A stretch of DNA of 64,000 bases from an uncultured delta proteobacterium (GTDB lineage: Bacteria; Myxococcota_A; Polyangia; Polyangiales; Polyangiaceae). The stretch lies in NCBI GenBank assembly GCA_963806225.1, contig CAWDXG010000004.1:2144001-2208000 (forward strand). Direction: 5' to 3'. Below the pieces are notes generated by a model. That model worked only from the letters and a program-made list of their open reading frames with translations, was not told where the DNA came from and searched no databases. Numbering within the stretch: position 1 is the stretch's first letter; every line of letters begins with the position of its first letter. Position numbers and translations under genes: made by a program. Of this stretch, positions 52,936-62,578 are shown one piece after another.

Positions 52936-53574
52936 TCAGGGCGCCCGCTGGGCGTCCCGCGTGACCACTTCCTGTGCCTCTGCGAGCGTCATCTGCTTGT
53001 TGTAGAGGGCGTCGTTGGGCTCGCTCAGCCCGCGTACCTGGGCCAGGTCCCCCAGGAACAGGGGACCGAACCCGAGCTCCTCGATAAATTGCCTCGCAAC
53101 GGATTCTGCCTGCGCGTCCGACGCCGCGAACGGGAGCACGCGTCGCTCCGCCAGGGCCTTCGCCGTGTCACCCTCGACGCGCAGGTGCTCCCAGTAGATC
53201 GTGTTGAAAGCCTTGGCGATGTGCGTCCCGGGCAGAAGGCCTTGCAGGTACTCGCTCTGCGTGAGCCCGCCAAGATCGATCTCGCCATCGCGACCCGGGT
53301 AGTAGTTCGATGCGGTGATCAGTACCTTGCCCTCGAGTTCGGCGCGCGGCAGCGTGTCCAGCTTGCCGAAGGGAATGGCCTCGATGACGACGTCGCCGAG
53401 CCGCGCGGCCTCCGGAGCCGACGCGGCGGAGGCTTTCGGGCCGAGTCTCGCGACCAGCTCGCGGAGGCTCTCGGGCCCCCGGGAGTTGGCGACGACCACT
53501 TCGTGTCCGGCGGCGGTCAGAAGGCCCGCGAGCGTCCCACCGATGTTGCCTGAGCCAATGATGCCGATCTTCAT
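52936..53574 (-). CDS. NADPH-dependent F420 reductase / dinucleotide-binding oxidoreductase family
   Basis: IGIIGSGNIGG, ANSRGPESL, SNYYPGRDG, KAFNTI. Confidence 0.88.
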   Translation of the reverse strand: MKIGIIGSGNIGGTLAGLLTAAGHEVVVANSRGPESLRELVARLGPKASAASAPEAARLGDVVIEAIPFGKLDTLPRAELEGKVLITASNYYPGRDGEIDLGGLTQSEYLQGLLPGTHIAKAFNTIYWEHLRVEGDTAKALAERRVLPFAASDAQAESVARQFIEELGFGPLFLGDLAQVRGLSEPNDALYNKQMTLAEAQEVVTRDAQRAP

Positions 53575-53643
53575 GTTCTTCTTCCTTGTGGCCCAGCACC
53601 CGTACCACGAGATCGCCCAGACTCCTCGCGCGGGAGCGCCACG

Positions 53644-54699
53644 CTAGGGCGACAGCAGATCCAGGATCCCGTGCAGGTCCGAGATCGACTGCATCGCGCC
53701 GGCTTTCGTGGGGGCGAACGAGGCGGTCTGCGACCAGCCGCTGCCGTAGCACCACGATTTCTGGCCGGTGATGCACTCGGAGGCGACGATCGGAGCCTGG
53801 AAGGAAAAGCCGACGGGACTCGATCTCAGCAGCCACGAGACCCGCAGGTAGCCCGTCGAGGCGACGATCGCGTCGCCCGTCGACGTGCCGGGCAGGTAGC
53901 CGGCTTCGGTCGCGGCCATGGCCACGACCTGGTCGGTCGTCTTGCCCGGGTAGAGCTTGGCCGCCATGCTGTCGACCGACGACTGGCTACAGCAAGGCAC
54001 CTGTATCGCCGACGCACCGACCTGCCACGCCTGGCCGGTGGCGCATGCCGTCGTCGGTCCGATGTGCACGCCCTTGCCGCCCTGCTGGCACAGCGAGAAC
54101 CCGACCGGATCCGGGTTCGACACGTCGAGCACGCCCTCTTTCAGCGACCACCACGTCACCTGCGACGCGTCGGTAAGCCGCGCGTCCCGGGCGCCCTGGA
54201 TCACTGGCACGACGCAGTACGCGACGTAGTGCACCCACCCCGCCTCCGCGTTGTCGAGCGCGTGACCGTTCACCCTGTCCGACAGGCTCCCCGAACGCAC
54301 GCGGCACTGATCGTCGAAGCCGCTCGGGAGCTTCACGCAACCGTTCGGGCACGTGAAGCTTTCGGTCGCGCCACCGATCGAGCGCTTCAACGTCGTGCCG
54401 TCGGGTTGGCAAGTCCAGCTCTCCTTGCCGGCGAAGTGCCCACACGGGCTGGCGACGCTCGGCCCCGCATCGATCGAGCTGTCCGCGTCGGCGCCGGGAG
54501 CGTCGCTTGCCGCATCGCCCGCCGCTGCGTCGGGAAGCGACGCCGCGTCCGCGACATCGGGCAGCGCGTCGGACGCGGCCGCATCGCGGGGGACGGCGCC
54601 AATCGCGGCTGACTGCGAGCACGCAGACACGCACAGACCGAGGGCGACGGCGACGCGCTGCGTCCGCTGGACCTTCCGGAATGCTCCAAGCGTGCGCAT
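53644..54699 (-). CDS. Hypothetical exported Cys-containing protein
   Basis: Lipobox-like SAC, DA-rich linker, CPNGC..LPSGFDDQC module and Trp/Cys-rich C-domain. Confidence 0.6.
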   Translation of the reverse strand: MRTLGAFRKVQRTQRVAVALGLCVSACSQSAAIGAVPRDAAASDALPDVADAASLPDAAAGDAASDAPGADADSSIDAGPSVASPCGHFAGKESWTCQPDGTTLKRSIGGATESFTCPNGCVKLPSGFDDQCRVRSGSLSDRVNGHALDNAEAGWVHYVAYCVVPVIQGARDARLTDASQVTWWSLKEGVLDVSNPDPVGFSLCQQGGKGVHIGPTTACATGQAWQVGASAIQVPCCSQSSVDSMAAKLYPGKTTDQVVAMAATEAGYLPGTSTGDAIVASTGYLRVSWLLRSSPVGFSFQAPIVASECITGQKSWCYGSGWSQTASFAPTKAGAMQSISDLHGILDLLSP

Positions 54700-54712
54700 C
54701 AACGAGATTGTC

Positions 54713-55600
54713 TCACGAGCACTGCCGGCCGAAAACCTCCGGGACGCCGTGGCGCGAAAGCCAGGCCTCGAGGCGGACGTGGGGCGCGCCCTCGTTGCGC
54801 CGCTGTCTGGCCAACCGGGCCAGCGCGTCGAGCTTGCGCACGAAGATGCGCCGCCGTCCCCCGGTCGCCTGCCACAGTGCATCGCTCTCGCCCGGGTCGA
54901 GCAGGCGCCAGGCGCCCGATGGCAGCTCGCCGAGCTCGAGCGGTCCAATCGAGCGCCGATGGAGCCCGGTCAGGTGGAAGTCGAGCGCCCGACACATGCG
55001 CCGGATCTGTCGGTTTTTGCCTTCGTCGAGCGTGACGAGCAGCTCGGTGAAGTGCTCCGTCCGGTGCTGGACGGCGCAGGCCTTGGCGCGGGCGTCCCGT
55101 CCCAGCACCGGCACGCCCCCGAGCAACGCGCCGAGGCGTGGGTCGTCGTCGGTCACGTGCTCGTCCAGCCACAGCCAGTACACCTTGTCGGTGTGGTGGT
55201 CCGGGCGGAGCACCGCGTTGGCGAGATCGCCGTCGGTGGTGAACAGCAGGAGCCCACTGGTCTCGCGGTCCAGCCGACCTATAGGAAACATCCCGGCGGG
55301 CATCTCGTCGAGCCAGCGCGAGAGATCCGCCTTGCCCCGGGGATCGCGGACGGTCGAGGTCACGCCCAGCGGTTTGTGCAGCATGGCAGTGAGCTGGCGG
55401 TGACGCGGCACAAGCCGGCTATCATCCACGCGGACGTTGTCTTCCTCGAACACCAGCGCGTGCTCGTCCTCCGCGCGCCGGCCGTCGAGCGTCACGCGGC
55501 CCTGCGACAGCGCGGCCCGCACGTCGTTGACCGACAGCGGCGTGCAGTCCCGGAGGTACTTGCCGAGGCGGCGCGGAACGAACACGTCTGTTCTTGTCAT
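54713..55600 (-). CDS. RNA pseudouridine synthase, RsuA/RluB family
   Basis: S4-like N-terminus, HKPLGV, IGRLDRETSGLLL.T.DG, EGKNRQIRRM. Confidence 0.9.
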   Translation of the reverse strand: MTRTDVFVPRRLGKYLRDCTPLSVNDVRAALSQGRVTLDGRRAEDEHALVFEEDNVRVDDSRLVPRHRQLTAMLHKPLGVTSTVRDPRGKADLSRWLDEMPAGMFPIGRLDRETSGLLLFTTDGDLANAVLRPDHHTDKVYWLWLDEHVTDDDPRLGALLGGVPVLGRDARAKACAVQHRTEHFTELLVTLDEGKNRQIRRMCRALDFHLTGLHRRSIGPLELGELPSGAWRLLDPGESDALWQATGGRRRIFVRKLDALARLARQRRNEGAPHVRLEAWLSRHGVPEVFGRQCS

Positions 55601-55959
55601 CGGCTGCGCGGCGACGGCCGGGCACTCTCTGCCGGGCGCGCCCGCCGCGCGCGCTCGATCTCCAGCGAGGCTTTGATGCCCCGGGCGCGTAGCGAGAACC
55701 AGATCAGGCGCTTCCTGTCCATCACGAAGAAACGCTCACCGTGCTTCGCGAGCGCGCGCGGATCGATACGGAAGCCGAGACCGGGGGCGCTTGGCACGCC
55801 GAGCTTGCCGCGCTGGTGGGTGAACGCTTCCTCGAGCAGGCCGTCGCGTGCCGCGGGCACCCAGCCGGGCGGATCGAGCGGATACTCCAGAGCCTTCTCG
55901 CCGACGAAACCGCTGGCGGCCAGCAGCTGCAGGTTCACGGCGAAACCGACGATCGACAT
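55597..55959 (-). pseudogene. C-terminal fragment of a mandelate racemase/enolase-superfamily protein
   Basis: GFAVNLQL, LEYP.DPPGW, VPSAPGLGF.ID; N-terminal capping domain and most of the barrel are absent. Confidence 0.55.
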
Positions 55960-56086
55960 GCCCCGAGCCTAGCTCCGGAAGCCGCGCGCTTCGAGCCCCA
56001 GCGTGCTTGCAGCGATCAGGCTTCGCCGGTCTTCTGGCGCAAGCTGTTCGGCTGACGCTTCGAGCAGAGCACGCTACTGTCGCCGC

Positions 56087-57001
56087 ATGGTGCAGCAGGT
56101 CACCGACCCCGGGCTTGCCGCGCTGCAGCGCGAGCTCGGCTCCGCCGCGGCCCCGGCGCGGATCACCCAGCCGGCTTTCGACTACGACGATGGGCACCTG
56201 CACCGCCTCGTCCGCCTCGTACCGGGCGAGCCCGCGAAGCCTACCGACCTGGGCGAGTACGCGAACGACCTTCTCTACGCGAGCGAGGTCCAGACGGATC
56301 TGTTCCTCTACCTCCTGCCCACGTGCCTGCAGGCGTTGCGGGATCACCTGCACGGCACAGGCCGCTACGGCGCCTTCGTCGAGAACCTGTATCCGGCGCT
56401 CGCGCACCCGCGAGTCCGCGCGCTGACAAGCGATGAACAGCGCGCGGCGATCTCGGACTACATGGGACGAACGCTGCTCGACGAGATCGACGACCAGCGC
56501 GGACTCTCCTACCGCGGCATGGGAGCGCGGCCGTACCGTTGGGTCGGGGCGCTCACGACCCACGGCGTGCTCTTCCCCGACATCGAGCGACTGTGGACGA
56601 GCTGGTGGTCGCTCGACACGGTCGGACGCGCCGTGGCCGCAATCCAGTACTTTTCCTGCCTGATGTATGCGAACGCGGAAAATCCGGTATTCGCACCGTG
56701 GTCGCGCGACAAGGGCGGCGGCCCGCCGTGTCTGTGGGACTACGAGGGGCATCTCTACGAGCACCGCTGGCTCCAGCCCAACGTCGCGTTCCTCGCGCGC
56801 ACGCTCGAGCCGCGGGGGGTGGAAGCGCTGCTGGCGCGGGCGGTCGATGTGCTCGCCGGCGAGCCGGAGCATGCAGTCGCGACGGCCATGCTCGAAGATC
56901 TCCCGCTGTGCCGCGAGACGCTGGAGGCGCGCTGTCAGGAGCTGCCGCGGCTGCTCGCGACGGTGCAGACGGCGGGCGAGCTGCTCGAGTGGACGAGTTG
57001 A
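56087..57001 (+). CDS. Hypothetical protein
   Basis: 304-aa ORF with natural composition; TACTGT 6 nt before the ATG. Confidence 0.65.
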   Translation: MVQQVTDPGLAALQRELGSAAAPARITQPAFDYDDGHLHRLVRLVPGEPAKPTDLGEYANDLLYASEVQTDLFLYLLPTCLQALRDHLHGTGRYGAFVENLYPALAHPRVRALTSDEQRAAISDYMGRTLLDEIDDQRGLSYRGMGARPYRWVGALTTHGVLFPDIERLWTSWWSLDTVGRAVAAIQYFSCLMYANAENPVFAPWSRDKGGGPPCLWDYEGHLYEHRWLQPNVAFLARTLEPRGVEALLARAVDVLAGEPEHAVATAMLEDLPLCRETLEARCQELPRLLATVQTAGELLEWTS

Positions 57002-57120
57002 TCGCGCCACGCACCGCCGCACCGGACCGGAGTCACCCACAGCCCGATCCTGCCGCTTTCCGGCGCCCCGCGAAAATAGTCAAAGGGTCGGGCAAATAGC
57101 CGCAGCAGCCCGCCCTTCGG

Positions 57121-58032
57121 TCAGAACAGCCCGTTGATGGTCGTCTTGCGCGACTTGTCCGGGGCCGCACCGCTGGCCTGGCCTGCGCCTGCGCCGCCGC
57201 CGGGGTTCACGCACACGCCGTTCTGCGCGACGCAGTGCTTGGCCTTCGCGCAGACCGAGGACTGCGCGCAGTCGGCAGACGAGGCGACGACGCACTTGCC
57301 CTCCTTCATGGTGCAGTTGCCTTCCAGCTTGCAGCGGGCGGATTGCCTGCAGCTCGCGCTCGACGCCGCGACGCACACGCCGTCCTTCGAAGTGCACAGG
57401 CCATCGCTGGAGCACGCCCCAGCCTGTTTGCAGTCCTCGTCGCTGGCCGCGCACTTCCCGTCCTTGGCCGAGCACTGCGCCCCCTTCTTGCACGCCACCG
57501 AGCGCTTGCAGTCGTCGTCGGAGACGGCCACGCACTTCCCGTCCTTCGCCTGACAGCGGCCGAGCTTCGCGCAGGGGCTCTCGGGCTCGGGCTTGTCGGC
57601 GCTCGCTCCCGCGCAGTGGTAGGCCGACAGTGCCACGCACTTGCCGTTCTCGAGCGCGCAGCGTCCCTCGGACGCGCAGGTCTTGCTGCACTCGATGGCG
57701 GTGGAGTGCTTCGGATCCACGCACACGCTCCGATATGCGCTGCACAAGCCGCGCTTCGTGCAGTCCTCGGAGCCCTTGCAGTTGTCGTCGGACGCCACCA
57801 CGCACGCGCCGTCCTTGGCCGTGCACTTGCCGTGGAGCCTGCAGTCGGCGGAGGGCTTGCAGTCCTCGTTCGAGCCGACCTTGCACACGCCTTTTGGATC
57901 CGCCGTGCACTTGCCGTGCTCCTTGCACTCCGGCACCGTCTTGCAACGGTCCTTGTCGTCGCAGCCCGCCGTCGCGAGCACGACCCATACGCACCACACC
58001 CACCCCACGGCCAAGAGTCCCCGACGCAGCAT
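57121..58032 (-). CDS. Cys-rich repeat lipoprotein (about 25-aa repeats S..DC..S..C...G.C....G.CV)
   Basis: Lipobox AGC followed by about 9-10 four-Cys repeats. Confidence 0.75.
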   Translation of the reverse strand: MLRRGLLAVGWVWCVWVVLATAGCDDKDRCKTVPECKEHGKCTADPKGVCKVGSNEDCKPSADCRLHGKCTAKDGACVVASDDNCKGSEDCTKRGLCSAYRSVCVDPKHSTAIECSKTCASEGRCALENGKCVALSAYHCAGASADKPEPESPCAKLGRCQAKDGKCVAVSDDDCKRSVACKKGAQCSAKDGKCAASDEDCKQAGACSSDGLCTSKDGVCVAASSASCRQSARCKLEGNCTMKEGKCVVASSADCAQSSVCAKAKHCVAQNGVCVNPGGGAGAGQASGAAPDKSRKTTINGLF

Positions 58033-58246
58033 GCGCGCGAGTGTAGCCTGGTTTGCGGCTGGGCGGCACGAAGCTTCCGGATTCGGCCAGGCCAGGGGCT
58101 GGCCTCCGCGCTGCCGGCCCCGGGCGCCGGGGCAGCGGCGACGGGGGTGCAGCCGTGTGTTGACGACGACGCGCAGGCATGGCCAACCTCGGCACGAAGC
58201 GGTTCGACCACCGTCGGGGCGCTGTGGAATCACAGGAGGGGGAATC

Positions 58247-58564
58247 ATGCGGCTGATGATGCGAGCCCGACTTCCAGCCGAGCCGTTCGACACGTACGTT
58301 CGTCAGGGAACGATCAGAGCTCTGGTGAACCGGATCCTCGAGGAGACGAAGCCCCAAGTCGTCTACTTCACCGAGGAAGAAGGCTGGCGCGAAGCGCTGG
58401 TGATCACGGAGGTCGACCGACCTTCGGGTATTCCGGCTCTTTCGGAGCCGTGGCTCCTGAACTTCAACGCCGAGTGCGAGTTCCGCGTGGCGATGTTACC
58501 GGACGATCTCCAGGAATCGCATCTGGAAGCTCCCAGCAAGAAGTGGGGCACCGCGAGCCCCTAG
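58247..58564 (+). CDS. Small conserved hypothetical protein (dimeric alpha-beta barrel-like)
   Basis: GGAGG RBS; KPQVVYFTE..G.R, IPALSEPW, AMLPDDL. Confidence 0.65.
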   Translation: MRLMMRARLPAEPFDTYVRQGTIRALVNRILEETKPQVVYFTEEEGWREALVITEVDRPSGIPALSEPWLLNFNAECEFRVAMLPDDLQESHLEAPSKKWGTASP

Positions 58565-58603
58565 GCACCGCCGCTGCGTAGCATCCCGGCACCAGTTACG
58601 GCC

Positions 58604-59119
58604 ATGCCCGCGCTGCCGTCGGACACCGAGCGCCTGCACTTCGCCTGGTGGCGCGAGAGCGATCTGGGCGACGCGCTTTCCCTGTGGGGCGATCCCGAGG
58701 TGACAGCGCCACGACACGCGAGCCTCTTTCTGGAGCGCAGGTGGCCCAGCGACTGCGCACCGAGATCGACAACGCGGCCCGCCTCGGCGTGCAGTACTGG
58801 CGCCTCGAGCACCGCGACAACGGCAGCTTCGTCGGCTGCTGCGGCCTGCGCCCCTACCCCCGGGAGCCCGAAGGCGCCTGGGAGGTCGGCTTCCACCTGC
58901 GCCGCGCGTGTTGGGGACAGGGCTACGCCAGCGAAGCAGGCCACTCTGTCCGCGACGTCGCCTTTCGAAACCCTCCGCACCCGCGAGCTCTACGCCGGCC
59001 ACCACCCCGACAACCACGCCTCCCGCCGCCTCCTCGAGAAGTTCGGCTTCGCCAAGATCGACAAGCAGCTTTATCCCCCGACGGGGTTGGTGCATCCCTG
59101 GTATCGGCTGGAGCGGTGA
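58604..59119 (+). CDS. GNAT N-acetyltransferase (RimJ/RimL-like), middle part in a second frame
   Basis: TERL, WGDPEVT in one frame; FVGCCGLRP, EVGFHL...WGQGYASEA in another; AGHHPDN.ASRRLLEK.GF back in the first. Confidence 0.8.
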   Translation: MPALPSDTERLHFAWWRESDLGDALSLWGDPEVTAPRHASLFLERRWPSDCAPRSTTRPASACSTGASSTATTAASSAAAACAPTPGSPKAPGRSASTCAARVGDRATPAKQATLSATSPFETLRTRELYAGHHPDNHASRRLLEKFGFAKIDKQLYPPTGLVHPWYRLER

Positions 59120-59183
59120 CGGCTGGGGCACCGGCCGCGGAGCTCACAGGCAGCGAGAGCCAGAGCGCCCCGGGCGCGGGCGC

Positions 59184-60386
59184 TCAGTTCCAGCCGAGGT
59201 CCTTCGCCAGTGTCGCCTGCAGCAGCTGCGCCATCTTCTGGTGCGTCTTTGCGCTGGGGTGCCAGTCGCAACCGTAGCCGTCGGCGCTGGACTGCGTGGC
59301 GAACTCGAGCAGCGCGATGTTCTGGTCGCCCTGCTGCTTACGCTGGCTGATGACCTGCTGGAGATAGGTGCGCGCGGAATCGAGCGACGAGCCGGAGAGC
59401 ATGGGGCCGAGAGCGCAGTAGATGCGAGCCGCCGGGTACTTGTCGCGCAGGTGCTGGGCGAACGCCACGTACGCGCTGACGAACGGTTGCCCCGGGTCGC
59501 CCTTCGCGAAGTCGTTGGTGCCGAGATTCACGACGACCGCTGCCGGGACGAAGCGACTGAAGTCCCAGCTGCTGCCGGAGGACGCCGGGAGCGTCAGGCC
59601 GTAGCGCGCGGGCATGTTGTTCGAGGTGTCGCCGCCGTAGTCGCGGTACATGCCAATGCCCGACCAGGCAATCGTAACGAGATCGGCGCCCAGCGCCTTG
59701 GCGGCGAGGGCCTCGTAGGTCTCCTCGTGGTTCTCGGTGGCTGCGCTGAACGAGCAGTTCTGGTCCGCTCCCTCGACGCCGTAGCCGGCGGTGATGGAGT
59801 CGCCGACAACTTCCAGACGTTGGCCTGGTGCAGCGGGCGGAGCGAGCAGGGTTCCGCCGGCGCCGAAGTCGAAGCCATGGAACGTGGTCACCCCTTCGAA
59901 GGCCTCCGTCCGGCGATACACGCTGACGAGGTGCGTCCCGCTGCCCAGGCCACTCGCGAGCGGGTACGAGCTCGACGCCGCGGAAGTGTGGACCTCGCTG
60001 ACCTGGCCATCGACGACGACCTGGAAGTAGTTGCCGCTGCTGGAAGGGTCGTCGAGCTGTAGCGTGACGCTGTCACCGCTGAAGCGCGCCTGCATCTCGC
60101 TGCCCGACCAGGCGAAGCGCGAGGCGGCATCCTTCGTGAAGCGTCCGACCAGGCGCACCGCCGGCTGGGCGATGCTGCCGCCGCTGCCCGCTGCCCCGCC
60201 CGCGCCGCCCGTGCCGCCGCTTCCGCCCGCGTCCACAGCTCCTGCACTGCCGCCGTGGCCGCCCGCTCCAGTGCCAGCGGAGCCTCCGGAGCCGGCACCG
60301 CCGCCACCCGGGCTCGCTCCCGACCCACATCCCGATGCCATCGCGAGCACGCAAGCGATACCCGCAGCACGAAGCCAACCGGACAT
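59184..60386 (-). CDS. SGNH/GDSL hydrolase lipoprotein (CE2-like acetylxylan esterase)
   Basis: RRTEA, VGDSITAGYG, AWSGIG, NLGTNDF, GCDWHP. Confidence 0.87.
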   Translation of the reverse strand: MSGWLRAAGIACVLAMASGCGSGASPGGGGAGSGGSAGTGAGGHGGSAGAVDAGGSGGTGGAGGAAGSGGSIAQPAVRLVGRFTKDAASRFAWSGSEMQARFSGDSVTLQLDDPSSSGNYFQVVVDGQVSEVHTSAASSSYPLASGLGSGTHLVSVYRRTEAFEGVTTFHGFDFGAGGTLLAPPAAPGQRLEVVGDSITAGYGVEGADQNCSFSAATENHEETYEALAAKALGADLVTIAWSGIGMYRDYGGDTSNNMPARYGLTLPASSGSSWDFSRFVPAAVVVNLGTNDFAKGDPGQPFVSAYVAFAQHLRDKYPAARIYCALGPMLSGSSLDSARTYLQQVISQRKQQGDQNIALLEFATQSSADGYGCDWHPSAKTHQKMAQLLQATLAKDLGWN

Positions 60387-60459
60387 GACGTCATCGTCGC
60401 ACGCGGCGACTCGACGGGGAAGCTGGGCTAGGCTCGCGTAACAGGCCGCCGGGCTGACC

Positions 60460-61569
60460 ATGTACCGCTCGCTCACCGCCCAGACCCTGCACTACTTCGC
60501 GCGTCCGCACTGGAACGTGCGCCGGACGCCCATTGCCGGAGTGGCCGCGTGGCGTGGCGCGGAGCTGGCCGGGCAGACGAGCTGGCGCGTGGCTCTTTCG
60601 CCCCGGCAGATCGAGGAGCTCGAGCGCGCGATCGAAAGCGCGCGCGCCACCGGCAGGCCCACTCGGTCGCTGCGGCGTCGCGATTTCCCGCTGCCCACCC
60701 TGACCCGCGAGATCGATCGCTGGCGTCGCGACATGATCGATGGGCGGGGCTTCGTGGTGCTGGGCGGGCTGCCGGTCGAGCGCTGGGGCGTCGCCGACAC
60801 CGAGCTGTTCTTCTGGTGCTTCGGCCTGCATCTTGGAACGCCGGGCGCCCAGAACCCGCAGGGCGATCTGCTCGGACACGTCCGCGATCTGGGCGACGAC
60901 CCGCGCGAGGTGCGCGCCTACCGCACGAGCTCGACCATCGCCTACCACTGCGACGCGGCGGACGTTGTGGGGCTTCTGTGCCTGAGCCGGGCGAAGCGCG
61001 GCGGACTGAGCCGTATCGTCAGCTCGGTGACGGTCTACAACGAGCTCGTCGCGCGACGCCCCGATCTCGTCAAGCGGCTGTACGAGCCCTTCCTGCTCGA
61101 CACCCACGGCGAGGGGGGAGTCGACTACTTCGCCATCCCTCCCGCGCGCCACCTCGACGGCCGGCTCAGGACCTTCTGGCACGCCGACTACTTCAGGAGC
61201 GCGCTCGAGTACACGGACGTCGCGCCCTACGACGCAGCCGGCGCCGAGCTGCTCGAACTCTACGATGGTATCGCGTCGGAGCCCGGGCTCTACCTGGACA
61301 TGGACCTGGTGCCTGGCGACGTGCAGCTCTTGAGCAACCACACGATCCTCCACGGCCGCACCGCGTACGAGGACCCCCCGGAACCGGAGCGGCGGCGGCA
61401 CCTGCTGCGCCTGTGGCTGTCGCTCGACCGGGCTCACTCGGCGCGCGAGCGCGCGCTCGGTGCGCTGGGCTACGCGGACCTCGTGCGGCGGCTCGCGCGC
61501 GCGAAACTGCACCGCTGGTCCGGCGGCGCATCGCTCCGCCGCGCTGCTACTTCCCCTGGGTCTTCTTGA
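60460..61569 (+). CDS. TauD/TfdA family Fe(II)/2-oxoglutarate dioxygenase
   Basis: GRGFVVL.G.P, YHCD (HxD), N..ILHGRTAYED, RRHLLRLWL. Confidence 0.88.
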   Translation: MYRSLTAQTLHYFARPHWNVRRTPIAGVAAWRGAELAGQTSWRVALSPRQIEELERAIESARATGRPTRSLRRRDFPLPTLTREIDRWRRDMIDGRGFVVLGGLPVERWGVADTELFFWCFGLHLGTPGAQNPQGDLLGHVRDLGDDPREVRAYRTSSTIAYHCDAADVVGLLCLSRAKRGGLSRIVSSVTVYNELVARRPDLVKRLYEPFLLDTHGEGGVDYFAIPPARHLDGRLRTFWHADYFRSALEYTDVAPYDAAGAELLELYDGIASEPGLYLDMDLVPGDVQLLSNHTILHGRTAYEDPPEPERRRHLLRLWLSLDRAHSARERALGALGYADLVRRLARAKLHRWSGGASLRRAATSPGSS

Positions 61570-61617
61570 ACTGATCCGTCAGCTTTCGCTGACCCGCGGA
61601 CCGCCGAGGCGTGGCGC

Positions 61618-62061
61618 TCACGCCTTGCGCGGCTCGACCTCGACGCGCACGTCGAGGCCGTCGCGCACGCTCTGTGTCACGACGCAGAAGTCCTCGAAGG
61701 TCTCGAGGCACTTGGTGTACTGGCTGGCATCGCCGGGCAGCGCGGGGTGCAGCTTCACCGCGACGTGGCCGATGCGCAGGCGGCGGCTTTCGTTCCGCAC
61801 CAGCTCGACGTGGACGTCGGTCTCGAGGCCGCTGAGCTCGACGCCGGCCTGCTTCTTCAGACAGAACACCAGGCTGGCGGAGAGGCAGTTGGCGATGGCC
61901 GCGGCCATCACGCGCGCGGCGTTCGGGGCGGCATCGCCTCCGAGCGGCGGCGGCTCGTCGAAGCGTAGCTCCTCGAACTGCTCCTTGTCGAAGCGGACAG
62001 CGAACTCGTAGCCTTCGAGCTGACGAACCGAGAGATCGAACTCGGCGACTTTCTGCGGCAT
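61618..62061 (-). CDS. OsmC family protein
   Basis: DEPPPLGG...PN, ANCLSASL, FEDFCVVTQSVR. Confidence 0.85.
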   Translation of the reverse strand: MPQKVAEFDLSVRQLEGYEFAVRFDKEQFEELRFDEPPPLGGDAAPNAARVMAAAIANCLSASLVFCLKKQAGVELSGLETDVHVELVRNESRRLRIGHVAVKLHPALPGDASQYTKCLETFEDFCVVTQSVRDGLDVRVEVEPRKA

Positions 62062-62069
62062 GGGCGACC

Positions 62070-62453
62070 TCAAGAGGCTTGTGCAGCCTGCGTCTTCTTC
62101 GCCTCGTCGACCTTGCGCTTGACCTCGATCATGTCGAGCCCTCGCACCTGCTCGACGAGCTTCTGCAGCGCGAGCGCGGGCACCATGCCCGGCTGCTCGA
62201 ACAGCAGGATACCATCGCGGAACACCATCAGCGTCGGAATCGAACGGACATTGAAGGCGCCGGCCAGCTCCTGCTCGGCGTCCGTGTCGATCTTGCCCCA
62301 GGTAATGTCCGGGTTTGCAGCCGCGGCGCGCTCGTACACGGGCGCGAACATCCGGCACGGCCCGCACCATGACGCCCACCAGTCGATGAAGACAATGCCT
62401 TCGCCGGAGACCGTGGCTTCGAAGTTTTCCTTGGTGAGCTCGGTGGTGTGCAT
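62070..62453 (-). CDS. trxA: Thioredoxin
   Basis: WASWCGPC, SIPTLM. Confidence 0.92.
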   Translation of the reverse strand: MHTTELTKENFEATVSGEGIVFIDWWASWCGPCRMFAPVYERAAAANPDITWGKIDTDAEQELAGAFNVRSIPTLMVFRDGILLFEQPGMVPALALQKLVEQVRGLDMIEVKRKVDEAKKTQAAQAS

Positions 62454-62578
62454 GGTTCCTTCCGTCCTTCCCCAAATTGGAGCCACGTAGGCGAAAATGG
62501 GTTCAAGACGCCGCCCGGTCAGCCGGCGCTATGCTGGCGTCAACCGCGCTGGCTCGTTACCCTTCTCCTGGTGGGTGC

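Noticed and set aside
58604..59119. GNAT gene as a dual-frame coding region
   Set aside because: Two compensating indels explain it; the middle of the listed ORF is out of frame.
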